Assembly (NCBI GenBank): GCA_021432655.1
Contig: MU271260.1
Coordinates: 1 to 64,000 of the forward strand
Reading direction: 5' to 3'
Length of the DNA: 64,000 nucleotides
Source: Atractiella rhizophila
Taxonomy: Eukaryota
Below are positions 49,272 through 61,505 of this stretch, in pieces; within the stretch, counting starts at the first letter, position 1, and the number at the start of each line of letters is the position of its first letter. The notes below the pieces were generated by a model. It was not told where the DNA came from and searched no databases. It worked only from the letters and a program-made list of their open reading frames with translations. A program made the translations under genes and the position numbers.

Positions 49272-50023
49272 ACTCTTCAAAGTTTCCACATTTCACTTTT
49301 GCTGGTTTTCAGCCCTGGAGCGCTGAATATTACCATGCGAAGCCTATTCAACTTTTTAATACTTCAATAACCATATTATATATGCTACAGAGGTAAAATC
49401 CCGAGAATATGGAAGAACATAGCGTGAATATTATCGATCAAGTGAACTACATTTTAATACTGGCCATGGAAGCAATCAGCATCTCATCCCAGAAAAGAGG
49501 AAGGAACTATGGAGGGAAGAAATTGGCAGAGGAGATGCCATCATCTTGTAATCGACTGTCCTAACGAATGCCTAGTCCAACAAACCATCTCTATCCCCAA
49601 TATGAGATGCGCACCTGTGTACCATATTATCTTTTCTGATCCATCAACGCATGATGAAGACTTGTGTCGTCGTCGTCCTTACATGCGCTGCCGCCTTTCA
49701 TGCGGAACATGTTGCCGAAAAAAGTGTCGTTTGTGGTAAGTTTCTTCCGCGAGGAGTTGAAGAAGGGAGGGAATTTGAAAAGCGAAATTGCATACGTGCT
49801 GTGTAGGGTCAGGGTCCATGTCATGATTTCGACCAACGACAAAGCTGTTCAAATCCAAGGCTTGAATGGAAAGCTTACGCTGAGGGTAAGAAAGAAACGC
49901 ACAAGGTTAGTGCTCTTGAAAGCTTTTGTAGGGCACAAGAGGTTGAGCCAACGCATAGGATTTCACTTATTTGTTGTGAAGATCGATAAACTCAATCAAA
50001 CCGCTTTATCCTCGCTCAGTGTC

Positions 50024-51844
50024 ATGTCGCAGCCACCTCCTGTGGATCCGTTTTCTCGTGCCTCTGCTCTCCAGATGATCGATCATCCGTGGCTTCAAAA
50101 CAGGGCTTCTTTGAATGTTCTACTAGCCCATGGTCACGAGGAACTTCCCCTTGAAAGGCGACCCTCACCGCCAATCAAAATCCCGTTGTCGCGGACGGCA
50201 GCTGCAACCCCCGACGACGGTTGCGAAGTGGGGAGCCCTACATTGTCTCGGCGCAGCAGCAGAAGCTCCGGAACTGGTAAGACTTTGGTGATTACCTGCA
50301 GAACGTCATGACCTGAAGACACCACCGCAGCCTTATCTGATGATAGTTTATTCAGTTTGAACCATTACGTGACTCTTGCCATGCGTTCTTACCGTTGGCA
50401 TTCGACCCGACCCTCTCAAACTTCTTCAATTACCCGATTACCAAACGAACTGTTATTCCAGATATTTTACTTTTTCTCACCCTGGGTCTCTCACGTCGAG
50501 GATCTGAACCAAGAGTTTATCACACATTTTTGTATCTTCCGACAGGTTTGCTCCTCGTTTGGAGAAGTCGGACTCGGTGCCCTCCGAGACTATAGTACTC
50601 GTTTTGCCAGTAGCTTTTCCGCCTACACTTTGAATATCAGTTACCTCAGGAACATGGCGATGGAACATAACTTTATGTCTTGGGAATGGGACGCAACGTC
50701 GAAGTTAGGTCAGCCCGTTCCGCCGTCCAGCAGGTCTTGGCCATATTTGTTGCGGGCTGTTGCAGCACATCCAGGTCGTACCAAGGTGCAGATCCATAAT
50801 CTCCCATGGGATGGTTATGATCTAAAGGATATGTTGAGGTCTATTTCTTCTGCATCAGAAGCATCTTGGATACTTCTCTTTAGAAAACAGCAAGTTCAAA
50901 TATCTCTGCAGCAAATACTTATTGTCCTCTCACAAAAAGTTCGATCTAGCACTTTATGTGGACTGATTCCTTCGCCGGACGAGCGTTTCACTTGGAGGTG
51001 GCGTCCCTTGACTAGCAACTGTCTTTCCCTGCTTCGGTGTTGCTTTTGCGATGAAGACCTCTACGTGTTCGTCGGAGCACCAGAGTCACTCTTGAATGCA
51101 CACTTCATATCTACCAAAACGCTGAGGTTCAGCTCATTTCATCAACAGCTTACCGCCGAGGGCTTCTGTCACTTTTTGAGAAAAATCAAGACTGCTCATC
51201 TTTGCTGTGCTTTTCAGCGGCTGTGTGAGATTGATCAGAAGATTGATCAGAACAATAACGTCTCTGACCTGACGAAATATCTTGACCATGAACTGCTTAA
51301 CCGGCTCCCCTTGAAAATTGGCTGTGCGCTTGGTGGCACACTTTACTTTGATGGAGGGGAGGAGGACTCTAACCTTATTTCTAATCAGTTTCTGGCATTT
51401 GATGCTGAATGGCAATACTTATCAGAGCTAGTTTTACTTTACTGTCATTTTCCATTCAGCGCAATCTGCACCTTCCTGTGGTCGGCCACTCAAAAAGAGC
51501 CTCGAGGTGTTGTTACACGCTTGGTTGTCCAGTTAAAGCCATTCTTCGGAGACTGTGACTTTTCTGCCACATGGTTCTCCAAAGCTCTTGGGTCATTTCG
51601 AAACTCGCTGGCCATGTCTTCCATCGAAACGTTCTACGAAAGGTGTGGGAAAGAACTTCAATATCAACTTCAGTATGATCCCTTAAGATCAGGAAGGTTG
51701 TTTAGGGTTTTCTGTGAGGGGATCTTCCCAGTTGACCTCTGGATCATTGATCAAGATGATGTGCCGGAATCTCTTTTCTTTTGGACAAATTTCGATGCAA
51801 ACAAGCAGGTTAGTGGTGAGCTTCACTTCCCTTTACTTGTGTAA
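50024..51844 (+). CDS. F-box-like protein, ~588 aa (exons 50024-50276, 50331-51844)
   Basis: ITRLPNELLFQIF...FRQVCSSF F-box pattern; 54-nt intron GTAAGA...CGCAG joins the upstream ORF in frame; 1.5-kb open exon. Confidence 0.72.
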
Positions 51845-52229
51845 GCTGATCCCCAGCAATGAGGTGGAAATGCTGGGGAATCAGGACAGCATGAACTCCT
51901 GACACTATGTACACGGAGCAACAGAGATGAAATGAGTGCCGAAGAGTGGAAAAGGAGAGAGAGGAAAGGGGACAGCCATATGAACTGAGGAATGAGAGAA
52001 GTGGTGGAAGCGGAATGAGTGAACGAGGTCCAACGGACGATATCGCCTCTCTCTCCTCTCTCCTACACCCCCCTCACTCAAGGGCCGAGAGCGAAAGAGA
52101 TCAGATCGAAAAAAAAGAGGCAACGGAACGCAGACAGAAACAGAGGAGAAAGAAACAAAGCAAAGTATGAAATATGAGAAGAAATAACAATGAAAGTCTA
52201 GTAGTAACTAAACAGAGAGAAGCCCCATT

Positions 52230-52820
52230 TCAGAGCATAACTTCGAGTGTTGTAAATGGCCTAGACCTTTCGTAAGCACGTCAGCAACCATGCCTTGAGT
52301 GGGGATCCATTTGAGCATGATTTCACCACTGGCAACCCTCTCTCGCATGAAGTTATATAATGAACATCGATATGTTTGGTCCTGCCATGGCTAGCAGGAC
52401 GCTTAGCGAGGAGTAAAGAACCGTAGTTGTCGCCTCTGATGAGGTAGGGCCATCATGAGGGAAACCCAGCTGCGAGAGGAATGCCCTGAGCCATACTGCC
52501 TCTCTGGCCGCAGCCGACAGAGCGATATCTTCGGCCTCAGTGGAGGCGATAGCCACCCTAGGTTGCATCTTAGAAATCCAAGCGGCGGCAGACCTACCCA
52601 GGTGGAAGACAATCCCTGAAATTGAGCGTCTGGTGTCTAGGTCAGCAGCATGGTCAGAATCAGAGTAACCCTCCAGTATCGTGCTGTCAGTAGCGTCCCA
52701 TATCAGTTTAAAATCGAGAGTCCCAAGCGGATACCGGAAAATGCGCTGCACCATAGACCAATGCCTGCGGCCAGGATTTCCATTATACCTGGCGGCACGG
52801 TTCACGGCGGAAGCTATATC
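52230..52820 (-). mobile_element. Ty1/copia RT C-terminus and RNase H fragment
   Basis: DIASAV, HW....RIFRY..GT, GYSDSDHAADLDTRRSISG, STEAE, HIDVHY, ADVLTKGL. Confidence 0.93.
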
Positions 52821-53150
52821 TAGGATGGGTATCGTATCGTATCGTCGTTTTCGGAGCACTTCCGGACGGGACGTGCCCTTGTCTCGGCTCGTACCGTACC
52901 GTCATCAGTTTTTCAGCCTCAGAGACTGAATGGTATCGTGTGCTCCAGAAAAGATCCACTCAACTGCCACAGCACAGCCTATCAACATTTATATCAGCTG
53001 GTGTATAAAGAGAGACTAACTCAATGCGGAGATACTTACCTGGAATAGCCAAGATATCCCGAGCCAAATGTGCAAGGTTTTCAAGGTTGTGTGTTGACTC
53101 GTACTTCCAAAAGGCTGACGGATCAGTCTCCCACGCCAAAGCTTTAGGGT
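52821..53150 (-). mobile_element. hAT element 4, 3' end (dimerisation-domain fragment and terminus)
   Basis: FWK..LAHLARDILAIPG, intron, CAVAVEWIFSGA; terminus TAGGATGGG with TATCG repeats abutting the copia RT. Confidence 0.8.
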
Positions 53151-53647
53151 TAGGGAGGAAGGTGGGACCAACATCAACAGGAGAGGGCAGAACCATCAGA
53201 GTCCAACAAAGTGGCAGTCCACAGCGAACCAAAGACGAAACACTCACAGTGTAGCTTCTCCCTTCTTGATATGTTCCTCTCAGACACTTCCAACAGTAAA
53301 TAACTAGGAGCAGTGGGGGAGGAGCGATAGTAGGGTGTGAGATGAGGGGTTCCACCAGAAGACGAGACTGGCTAGATCCTGTTTCACTAAGGCTTCTTCA
53401 GTTCTGGTGATGGTGAGGGCTCTTTGGAAGGCACTCTGGGTGGTTTATAAGTGAAGGAATTGATGGGGATTGCCCGGATGAGAACGTTGTGAGTCCTCTC
53501 ATACTCTCCAGTGGATATAAAGGATGTCATTCAACATGATCTCCTTTCCAACCAAGTATCAGCCAACGCAGCTCAATTCATCTTCTTCAAGTATACTATA
53601 GATGTGTGGTTTTCCTCTCTTACAGTTAATCAGAATTATATTCACTG

Positions 53648-54980
53648 TTTGATGTCAGATACGCCACACCAGATGTCAGATTTTGCCACGAATCTCGACT
53701 CGTATAGTCCATCTGCTTTTGGGAGCCCCATACCACCAGAGAGTAGAATGCAACCACCCAATTATGGGACAGGCTCTTGTTCTCCACCGAACGATCCTTT
53801 CCATGATCCATTTGTGCAACACCAACAGAATCAGCGCGATGCGGCTAATGCAGACGAACAAGAACTCAGACATCGATCAGCCGGACAGCTTGGATCGCAA
53901 GCAACAATGACCGGCACTGGGAGGGAGTTAACCTACCCACATTTCCGCACGGTGGTGGGAGTTCTCATTGCTGCCCGTCCTTGGCTGGAGCAAAGTGCTC
54001 TTCCAAATCTGTTGAGGTTTTGGAGCGGTACATATCTCTGCATTTTCTGTATGACATTGAGTATGAGTTGGAAAATGGACAGGCGCATGAAGTGCTACAG
54101 AAGATGGAACTCAAAGGGGACCTCATGGTTATTGCTTGTGAGGTGAGACAGCGCCAGAAAGCCCCTCGGCAATGGTATGTCGGCAAGGAAATGAAGGTGC
54201 GTCTGTGTTCCGTCAGTTGATATGATGCAATATATACCAACCCGGCTTGCAGGATTATCTTCGCCAGCTTATCTCTGAGCTCCTCCAAGCACATGATCTG
54301 TTCGCGTATAAAGCAAAGTTTGGTGACCGGGCCAGAGTTTGTACTTTCTCTTGCCATTGTGTTTCTCCGCTGACTATCCAATAGAAATACATTGAGAAAG
54401 TAGAACGCAAGGCTGGAACAAACATCTTTGCAGCAGCTTGGACCCTGGATCCCTTGAGTACACAGCGGCCAGGAACGGTCTAATCTAAGGAGCAAGGCAA
54501 GTTTTGTCCTGCATGTCTGCTAATTTGACACCATTGCCAGCTTGACGAGGGTATTAAAGAAGCAATGGGACATTGTAAACCTGACAGTGGCAGTTACTGA
54601 TGAACTCAACATTCGACCCAGTGCTGCCCTTCAAAGGCGGCTCGCTTTCCTTGCGAGTGTCGCTTTGCGCTTGACTATCAAAGATTGAGCCTTTATCTAG
54701 CGGTCGTTCTTAGCTGGGCAGCACGGTGCTTTCACTCAGAAGGATTTCTGGAACAAGGTCGACACAAAGCTGGATGACATTTGCAAAGGTGGACCAGTCG
54801 AGGTGGGCGCGTATGTTTCCTCTTTCGCTGCTACTCCGTTCACGTTATGCTCAGATGATATGTTGGTGATATAGGTTCTACTCTCAGTGGTTTAATTGGG
54901 ACATACAAAAGTGGCCGGTTCAGCAAGAGTTTCGAGACGCACTTCGCCATGTGGAGGCTTTGTCTGCAGGTCTCTAAAGG
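53648..54980 (+). pseudogene. Degenerate multi-exon hypothetical gene, possibly transposon-associated
   Basis: Fragmented ORFs separated by intron-like gaps; RRLAFL and DFWNKVDTKLDDI resemble repetitive basidiomycete hypothetical proteins (from memory, unverified). Confidence 0.3.
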
Positions 54981-55676
54981 TAAGCTTTTCTTTTATGTGA
55001 GCTACTTTGTCTCTGATTTGTTAGGCAGACTCTTATTGTATGTCTCCAACCCCACATCTCCTCTATTCACATCTTCTCTATTCCGTCTCCATTCCATTCC
55101 CAGCCAACTGAACAACGCTCACTTTGGCTACTTACATGCAGTTGGATGCGGAGTGCTTATATAATGTCCTTCGTTGCAATTCTGCAATGTAGACTGTTCT
55201 GTCCTTCCTTTATGCTCCTGCAAAGTGCTTACCGTGCTTGTGAGGGGAGGGAGAGGAGCTACTGCTGAGGAATTGAAGGCAGAATCGTCACCGGGTGACG
55301 GGTGCTGAGAGGTAGCAGCGTTTCCACATCATTGACACTTGGCCGGTAGTTTTCCATGGAACTTGTGTATGATGTTGATTCTCCCCGTACAATGATGGTA
55401 CCGACTGCCAGAATCCCTTGGTGAGGAAGTGGATAAAATACGAAATCATATTGCACAGGATACAAATCCAAATGGGCCTCGCAACCAAAATCCTTATTCG
55501 GCGTTCGCGCCTCCTAGGGATGTGGTGAGGATTCACTTCCAAATCTCCCACCACAACCAAAAAAGTGTAAAACCCACCTCCCCAGGACGTGCTGTCAAAT
55601 TAGCGGTGTACTACATTCAAACCCTTGAAAGCAAGAAAATAACTAAATTCTGGCTTTGTCCCGCAATTCGGTCATT

Positions 55677-55860
55677 TCTGATGAAGACGAGGCATTCCGC
55701 GGTCATTTTAGTAGATGCTATATATCAACCTACAAACGGCCATTCCCATGGACAAGCTTGGATCAAATGGTTATTCCTAATGGATACGAGGCATTCCGCT
55801 GTCATTTTTGGTGGATGCGAACAAATGGCCATTCTCGCGAACAAGCTGGGTCAATACATC
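55677..55860. repeat. Imperfect tandem duplication (~100 bp period)
   Basis: ACGAGGCATTCCGC.GTCATTTT and ACAAA.GGCCATTC...ACAAGCT each occur twice. Confidence 0.8.
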
Positions 55861-56275
55861 TGCTGGATGAATGAACGCTCATTACAGGAGATCAGAGAAT
55901 AATCTCATTGGATGATGGCTGAGGATAAAAGACCATACTCGTCAATCTTTGGATTGGTTTGAACGTCACCACTGCAAAGTCTTTCCTCCCCTAGCTTATG
56001 TGAGCTTTAGGCAGAAAACCTGCCCCTGGTCTTTGGTTCGTTCGTCTCTCTTCAATGACGAGAGCAAAATGTGAATATCGTCTGCTTTTTTGTTTAGACG
56101 TCGCCGGCTCTATCAAATGGTCACCGATACTCAACGATATTTGCATCTTACCATGTCTTTTGAGGATTTGGGAACGATAGCAACGAACCGATTACTCTCG
56201 TGGACTGAGGATGCGTGTGGTCTGTCCTCTCACCACTTAAATTGAATGTTGTTGAGAGGAAAATACATCAGGGGC

Positions 56276-58117
56276 ATGTTCTCGAAGGCTCTTCCAGGAA
56301 TTAAAAGGGGTCGACGATTCGAGAACTCGCTGTGACGTCTGTGGTATGAAGAAATGTCCCCATACGGCACTCCATCGATGCGCGCGAAGGAGCCAAAGAC
56401 CGTCAAGGCACTCTTCGAGACCTTGAAAGGCCTCTTCCAAGATGATTTTGTTGAAGACAACGTCAAAGCGGTGTTGTTTAAGGCGTCTCCAGATTTGGTC
56501 TCGGTTTTGGAGGGCATGAGACTGGATTTAGGGAGGGAAAGGGATGGAGGTACCCGGAGCCCAGCGTGCAAACCGTCAGCACCTGTTTCATCTTCACTGG
56601 CTAAACGCCAAGCTCCTCTCACAAGCACAAGTTCCATTGCCATTTCCAACTCGAAACCGCTGACTCCAAGAGGAACATCAGAGGAAGCCGTTGTTGAGCG
56701 GCATGGAATTGTTCCGTTGGATGGATTGGGATGGATGAACCGGCGCGTCACTTTTCCTCTTAGTGCAAGCCTCAAAGTCTCGAGCTCAGCAGAGTTGAAG
56801 AGAACAATCGCACCCAGCTTGACATTTCCGCAACTTGCACAGCAAGTGAAGGTGCCGTGTCACCAGTATCCAGGAAAGAAGAAACCGTCTCTCATGACTC
56901 CCAGTCGAGCCAAAAGGGTCATTAGTGCATTACCTCGTTTTTCCTCAAATCATGTTGGTCGAATGTCTAGCAATCATGTCCGCACCGGTGCCACCAAATC
57001 TTTGCTCCTGCGTCGCCCCAAAGCCCCACCACGCGTAGTTGAGCTTCCTTACCCTGGCTACACCAATCCGCTAAGACCTCTCCCCCCGCTTAACCCTCCA
57101 CCGCCGGAACCCGAACGAAGGAGCCAGCGGATATGGGGAGAGACCATGAGGAGGAAGATCCTCGATATCCCTCCGCCAATCAAAGGCGATCCTTTGAAGG
57201 TGATAACGGGCTTCGAAATTGTGGCTAGCGAGGATGAGGATGAGGCTTCATCGACTAGTTTCACCCTTCTCCAACCTTTGAAGACCGAATGTAACGTGAA
57301 GGAAAAGGAGAAGCAGATCCTGCGACAGAGGGGGGAAGCAAGCTTGGCCCCATCGGGACTCAAATCGTTGGAGCCTATGGACCCACTGCAACCTACTCAT
57401 GATCAACCGTCTGCCACTGTGGATTCTTCCCCAGTTGCTGCTATGTCTACGCAGGCAAAGGAGAGAGAATCGCAGCCCCTTCTTCCATCTACCAAATTCG
57501 CTCCGATGCTGGCTTCCTCTATGTCTGATGAACTGGATGCGGAGGGGGTGAAGAAGGATGATTTGGATTTGATACTATGGTGCTCGGAAGGAGAGGATGA
57601 TGATGATGATGAACAGCATGCCGTGTTGAAAAAAGAATGGGACGAGCATAACAAGGATAAGGAGACTTGGTTCGTCAAGCGTCTGGTATCTTTAGCCAAT
57701 GCCACTCGTCCTTCTGCTCTCACCGCCATCTTTGATCCCTCCAAAGTTAATCGAGATTTACGCATCAAAGCGATCTCCTATCGGAATAAGGTGCGCATAC
57801 TCGCCAAAGCTTCTCTTCCCGTTATTGAGTTGGAGAGTGACCCCGAGGACGAAGTGGGGGTGGAAGCCCAGGTGAAGGAGGAGAATCAGGAGCGAGAGCG
57901 TCATGAGGTCCTAATGGCTCCACCTCTGTCACCACGGACGACTAAACGCAATATGCTGACAGGCGAATTTAGCGAAGTTCTGTGGCAGATTCTCATCAGG
58001 GAGAGGCAGGCGAGGAGAAGGAGTGGATGCTATAACCCTGGGGATTGGGCAGAGGCCATCAAGGATTCAATCCGCGTAAGCCCGAACAATGCCTTGGAAG
58101 CAACGGCAATAAACTGA
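56276..58117 (+). CDS. DUF1752 + DUF3295 family protein, with an in-frame TGA in the N-terminal motif
   Basis: 587-codon ORF from 56354 ending in PLSPRTTKRNMLTGEFSEVL..IL..ERQ (DUF3295-like); in-frame upstream MFSK..GRRFENSL*RLW (DUF1752-like), TGA at 56333-56335. Confidence 0.75.
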
Positions 58118-60789
58118 AACGACTGTAAAAGACGTGAGTCAAACCGAGGAACTTCTGTCTGTACTCCTGATGCTCAGATTCTGCTCATGCCTGAACTGAA
58201 AATCGCTCCTGTGGAAGAGAGGTCGATAGAATTCGACGGAAAGGGAGACGGCGAACGGGTATATGATACGGAACAATAGGAGTGCTGGATAGGCTGCGAT
58301 CGTCACAAAGAAGGGAAATTGAATTTGAGTATTCATGGTTTGTAATATCTCTGGTTGTATCAATCATATTGCTGGAAAAATCCAACTGATTCCATTATTG
58401 CCGTTTGTATAAAACACGCGACTTTGCGAAGTTGTGAGAACAAAGAAACTAGCGCGAACCTTAAGCCCCACTGCGGAGTTTCGTCCAAACGAGTCATGCC
58501 CTAAACATATTTTTGCTTGCTTGTGCTTCTTCGTTTCGCCTATTCTGCAGGAAATGGAGATGATTGGCTGCTCGACGCCTTGAGGGATTTGGGGTTTAAT
58601 TGGACAGAGTTTAGTTTAATTGTTGATGGATATTGTTAGAGACTGCAAAAAATTCGAGAGGAATGCGGAGGAAACTGCGGATGAAATGCATTCAAAGGCA
58701 GACAAAACTCAGAAAAATGTGGAAACGGCGGCGGGCCAACCCTCCGGCTGTAGCACCAACTCTTCGAAAGTCGCATGTTTTATGCAAACGGCAATACATC
58801 CTTCTACCAAGTCATGGTGTCTGTCCTTCCAGCAGCTCTTGTTCTTACATTTCGCTTCATTACCTCCTCCATCATTGGCTCCTCTGACACTTTACACTCA
58901 ATTGTTAAGTCTTTTGACAATCCCGGCTACAGTTTTACACTTCTGCTATTCCCCCAACCTAGCCATCTAACCCTTTGCGTCCTGGACAAATCGGCGCTTG
59001 GCTGCCTGTTTGCCTATTCCCACTCTTCATCTCACAATCGACAATGGGACATGGTGTCAGCCCTGACACATCAGGTGCTGGCGGTGTATCTGGAAGCCCT
59101 CCGTGCTCTGGCGGATTTTGAGAAAGTCTTCAGCAGACACCGTGACATATTTTCCCTTCATGTCGCCGCAGACGAAGTCCTAGGCATCTTTGCTCTCTGT
59201 AGCAGTGATGATTTGACGGGATGGTTAGACCTGCTGGCGAGACGCTTCGGGGTTGGTTTATTAGTGAAGGATTAGCGGAGGTGTTGGCTGGAGGCATAGA
59301 AGCACGGGTGCCGAGAGAATAAGGAGGAAGAGGCGTGACCATCGATGGATGGCTATTTCGCTGTCTATTGTTGTGAAGGTGCGTCAGTGACTCAGGCAGA
59401 GGCCGCCAGCAGTACACGAACAAACTCTGTTTCTGGAATGATTGTTGCTTATTTTGTGAGTTGTTGAGGGAAGACAAGTAGAGGTTAACTGGTCACAAAC
59501 GTGCGGTTTCAATGTCAGTTGCACGTGACCAGAATCATTGTAGATACTTCCTCCTGCTATTCCCATTCCCATGGCTCGTCTCTTCAATATCTCCTCCCAC
59601 GCTTAGCAGCATCGCGTCCCCAACTTTTCGCGGACCTCTTTAGCTTGAGCTCGTCCCTTGATCGAGGCTTACTCTTTATGTTGTCGAATCGACCCTCTTT
59701 CAACTCTGGGGTTATTTTTCGGCTTCATTTCAGCTTGGACACTCTTATGAAGGCTTCAGTAGATGCAGTGAATAGAATAGACTTACTTCTGGCTGCTTCG
59801 ACGGCACAGGAGAAGTTTTCTAACGGTGGTCAACAATGAGCATCCTTATGTGCTTCCATCCATGCGACTTTTCCTGTTGGCGAACACTTGGTATAATTCC
59901 ATATCTGGCATCTTCCAAAGCAAAAGCGGTGCAGCTTGAGTCTGCTGTAATGCAATGTGGTCTGTTCATGCCAATATGACTATGGCGCAAGGCAGTAATC
60001 ACTTTCCTTTATGATCTACATTGGTACAGCTTGGACTGCCTCATCCTGTACTTTAATGTTATACATTATCTGTCCTAGTACTGCAACCTATGTTCTCCCC
60101 ATTTTTATGACAACAGTACATATAAACCTAGGTATTTAATATACATCACAAGAGGATTGGATAATTATTACTATATTTTCTTTAATGACATTCTGCATTC
60201 TTACTTCATGTCAGCAGAGTCAATGAGATTCAGGACTAACATGAGAAGCAATCCTTTGGGTTGCAGAGTGCCTTGAGGTCATAGAGGGTTCATGATTAGG
60301 CCTTGAAAGTGATAGAGAAACATGGTGAGGTAAAGAAGGGGAATCCTCAGTGGAAATTGAATGGTCTATGGGGCTTGTCCCAAGATTGAACCGTGGAGAA
60401 CGTCTCACTGGGATTGGTGTTGCGATAGCGGGTGAATACGTGAAAGGCAAGATGAATATCAATGAATGTTGATCATGATGGGCGCCAATAAACATGCTTT
60501 ATATGAGTGAGATAATTCTGATTCTGAAAGTCAACCGACAATTGCTGTGCGCCGTGGAGCATCGGATGTTGGAAGTTGGCAGGTTCAAAGATTCTGAACT
60601 TAGAAGGAAGCACTGGTCGTTAAATGCTGAGAAGCTGAGAACCCTGAACGTTGTCAGACCTGAACACGTCAGAAGTTAGATCGGCCACTTGAAAAGGCAG
60701 TAAGAAACCTTGAGTTGCACATTACATTAGATATTGTCATGATTATAACCTAAATGTTCAACATCCTGTTATCATAATGTGCTTACAGA

Positions 60790-60887
60790 TGTAATGCATT
60801 ATGAGCTGTGGAAATTTAATGTAAGTTGTATTACATTACTTAGATCAAATTTTTTTGTAATGTAATAGTGTAATGGTGGGAGCCCTG
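60790..60887. mobile_element. Orphan hAT-like terminus (CAGGGCTCCCA on minus strand) with GTAAT/ATTAC repeats
   Basis: TGGGAGCCCTG ends at 60887; the same 11-mer ends at 61977; related CAGGGCTTCCA starts at 63974. Confidence 0.5.
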
Positions 60888-61047
60888 GTTGGTATACCTG
60901 TCACAGAAGTTCTATATGACTGAGCGGTTATCAGTGTTGTCGAACAGGATGCAAATTGTGATGGGAATGCCTATTGGGCTGTGCAGATTATCTTTGAGTA
61001 ATGTTGCCCAATTATTTCAATAGAAACGATGATGATCATTCACCAAC

Positions 61048-61505
61048 TAGAGATGCCAACGAGTAGGGCTCGCGAGTACGGTACCCTTACTCATGAGTAT
61101 CGATCAGCTTAAAGCCTGATTTGTAACTTGTTGTGAACCTTTGACACCCCTTGTATTAACTTAGACCCTACTCGTCAACATAATTTCACAGTTTAGGCAC
61201 ATTAGTTTACATAGATTGACTTACTATACATTAGTTTGGCTTAAACACCACTATTACTTGTATCTCAGAGCCAGATAGAGCCATTTTGAATGTGAAAAGA
61301 TCAAAATTGATATAAAACTCTCCTTAACTCTTTCAAACGAGTACTCCACCAGGACATATGCTCATGAGTACTCTTAGGTACTTAGCAGGGAACACAAACA
61401 GGTACCCCTGATGAAAATTTACCCTCTGTAGCTGATTTGTAACTTGTTGTGCATGGGTACCTGTGGCACAAGTGCCCACGAGTACCATGCTCGGTGACAT
61501 CTCTA
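61048..61505. mobile_element. hAT-type MITE, copy 2 (458 bp)
   Basis: End-to-end homology with 31863-32337; TIRs TAGAGATG/CATCTCTA; flanks TCACCAAC/TCTTGCTG are not a TSD. Confidence 0.92.

Noticed and set aside
53142..53156. Telomeric TTAGGG repeats (also ~33970)
   Set aside because: Only about two units; expected by chance.
58600..60700. Protein-coding gene(s)
   Set aside because: Short fragmented ORFs, no recognisable domain or consistent splice model.
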